A stretch of 63,611 bases of DNA, filler included, from Asterionella formosa (lineage: Eukaryota): assembly GCA_002256025.1 (NCBI GenBank). It is 12 parts of 12 records of this genome, joined end to end, with 100 filler letters (N's around TTAATTAATTAA, not from the genome) between each part and the next. Parts side by side here need not be neighbours in the genome. Positions count along the whole stretch, not along the records: positions 62,157 to 63,611 come from NKIB01002359.1; 11 more parts are not named here. One strand, written 5' to 3'. Each line of letters begins with the position of its first letter. Positions within the stretch are counted from its first letter, which is position 1. Position numbers and translations under genes: made by a program. The notes under the pieces were generated by a model that was not told the origin of the DNA, ran no database searches, and saw only the letters and a list, made by a program, of their open reading frames with translations. Positions 62,057-63,611 of the stretch are shown here, piece by piece.

Positions 62057-62629
62057 NNNNNNNNNNNNNNNNNNNNNNNNNNNNNNNNNNNNNNNNNNNN
62101 TTAATTAATTAANNNNNNNNNNNNNNNNNNNNNNNNNNNNNNNNNNNNNNNNNNNNCACAGGTACAGTGCCAGCAACAATATGGCCTGGACTCAGTAATG
62201 CAACTCTTTATTCACTACAATTGAGTAACATTGCATTCAATGGATCAGTCCCTCAAGATTTCTAATTACTGATGACATAATAGTGGTCCATATGTGTTAT
62301 GCACAGAATGGTGCTAGGGTTAGATAAAGTAGCTATATGTAGCACAATGTATCAGTAACCCTTTTGCAGAATTGGTAGAAGAAGCCTTGTGTTAGTATTG
62401 CTTGTTTGATTATGCATATGATCATATAGATTTATTCGATATTGCAAATCAACTGAATTTCTTACGCACTTTAAAACTACTCTATATTTGCTTGAGGGGA
62501 CCATACACTTTGAATTCAAAAAGAGTCCAATTATAAAAAAAACATGGTAATGTATTCAAGGGTTCCTGTTATTCCTTTGATCAAAGATCACATTGTAATG
62601 ACTATCAAGACTAAAACATTCAGAGTTGC

Positions 62630-63130
62630 TTTAACCGGTGGAAGGTTTGATCCGTTTGATCAAGATATGATCAATGGAAGCTCTGTGGAAGAATTGTTGA
62701 TTGGAGTGAATCGTGAATGACCAACATTGCCTTATCAGATTGGTTGAATGTTGAAGTACACCCAGAAGATCAATCCTACAATAGTTTCGATGAAGTGATG
62801 GTTTTATGGTTAGATGATCATTTACCAAACGAGAGTTTTCAATGTCAATGACAATGACAATGGATGCTACGCTACTTACTATCTAACCCGGTAATGGAGT
62901 TCGGAGCTCGTATTAAAACATCAAACAGGCTACTTCGACTAATGCTTCATCCAGAAGATCCACACGGATTGTCAAAAGAAGATATGCGGATTATCATCAT
63001 CCGATCTATGCCCAATGAGTGGCAACAAGAGTCTGAATTGAAGCATGCTAAAACTTCAGACCAATCAAGTCTCTCGGTTCTTGCTTACTTTGAGAGTCAA
63101 CAGTCATTTAAAAATCAAAACAAGCACCTT
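62630..63130. mobile_element. Possible scrambled Gypsy remnants
   Basis: Minus-strand ENSR....IKRIKP (integrase-tail-like) and plus-strand IIIRSMPNEWQQE...LAYFESQ (gag-like); weak. Confidence 0.3.
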
Positions 63131-63611
63131 CCTAAGAACTGTTTTCAAACAATCACACAAATCGTCTTTGTATTGCTGAAGGCAATCGTGTAATGTGTCA
63201 AGAAAACCAGCATGTCTGTCGTCAATTCTTCAACAATAATTTTACTCCAAGTGGTCATGGAAGAGCGCGTGCTATTGTCAATGCAGCCTGTCGCGCATGG
63301 GATTGTCAGGCAACTATTCTTCATCAAGCTCTACAAGCCAGTCGAATGTACCAGGTACCATGATTATTGTGGCCTTTGCCCGGTACATCCTGAAGGTACC
63401 CATACTGTGGCCTGGGAAGTGAGTGACGCAGCAACACCGTTCTCACACCCACACGTACAGAATTCCTTGGCAGTTGAACAGAACATAACACTGCCAGCAC
63501 CAGTGCCAGCCCATTGGCCTCTATGCTCTCTGCCCTTACTTCGGTCAGCAGTCCCTCCCCCACCGTCAGTCTCATGGGCCCTTCAACACCTTGACAGGTC
63601 CCAGTCAAGGA

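Noticed and set aside
48084..62112. Strikingly regular ~1.56-kb periodicity of TTAATTAATTAA motifs
   Set aside because: Spacings fall monotonically (1559 to 1555) and the motifs sit within Ns: artificial linkers between size-sorted contigs.

Overview
Eukaryotic nuclear DNA, almost certainly from a diatom: it has GT-AG introns, bipartite plastid presequences with 'AF' motifs, a silicanin-family gene and CoDi-type Copia elements. The window is not contiguous. N44-TTAATTAATTAA-N44 linkers join two ~24-kb scaffolds (1-23983 and 24084-48040) and about ten size-sorted ~1.46-kb contigs, so adjacency across linkers is meaningless. Scaffold 1 carries a GT31 glycosyltransferase, a modular Cys-rich secreted protein, a silicanin (Sin1-like) gene with a 21-Ser tract, a TBC1D5-like RabGAP, a GH99-like hydrolase plus a truncated paralog fused to a Copia relic, and decayed pogo/Tigger, Tc1-like and PIF/Harbinger elements. 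Scaffold 2 carries the 5' end of a probable plastid tryptophan synthase, a DUF3082 protein, a second Harbinger copy, an old short LTR element, a membrane DnaJ, an organellar LysRS with a WHEP-like domain, a CoA-type mitochondrial carrier, a 4-exon ER-type orphan missed by the ORF track, a YbaB/EbfC-like gene, NudC and an HA-domain gene. The small contigs hold Gypsy and Copia fragments, a PGRL1 fragment, an LRR+ARM pseudogene, MITEs and dispersed repeats. The main non-obvious signals are a palindromic TACC(A/T)GG/GGTACC simple-repeat system clustered upstream of genes, tRNA-derived SINE-like heads, short TIR MITE families, and a CpG-deamination signature in old TE copies. All family assignments come from motif recognition, not database searches.
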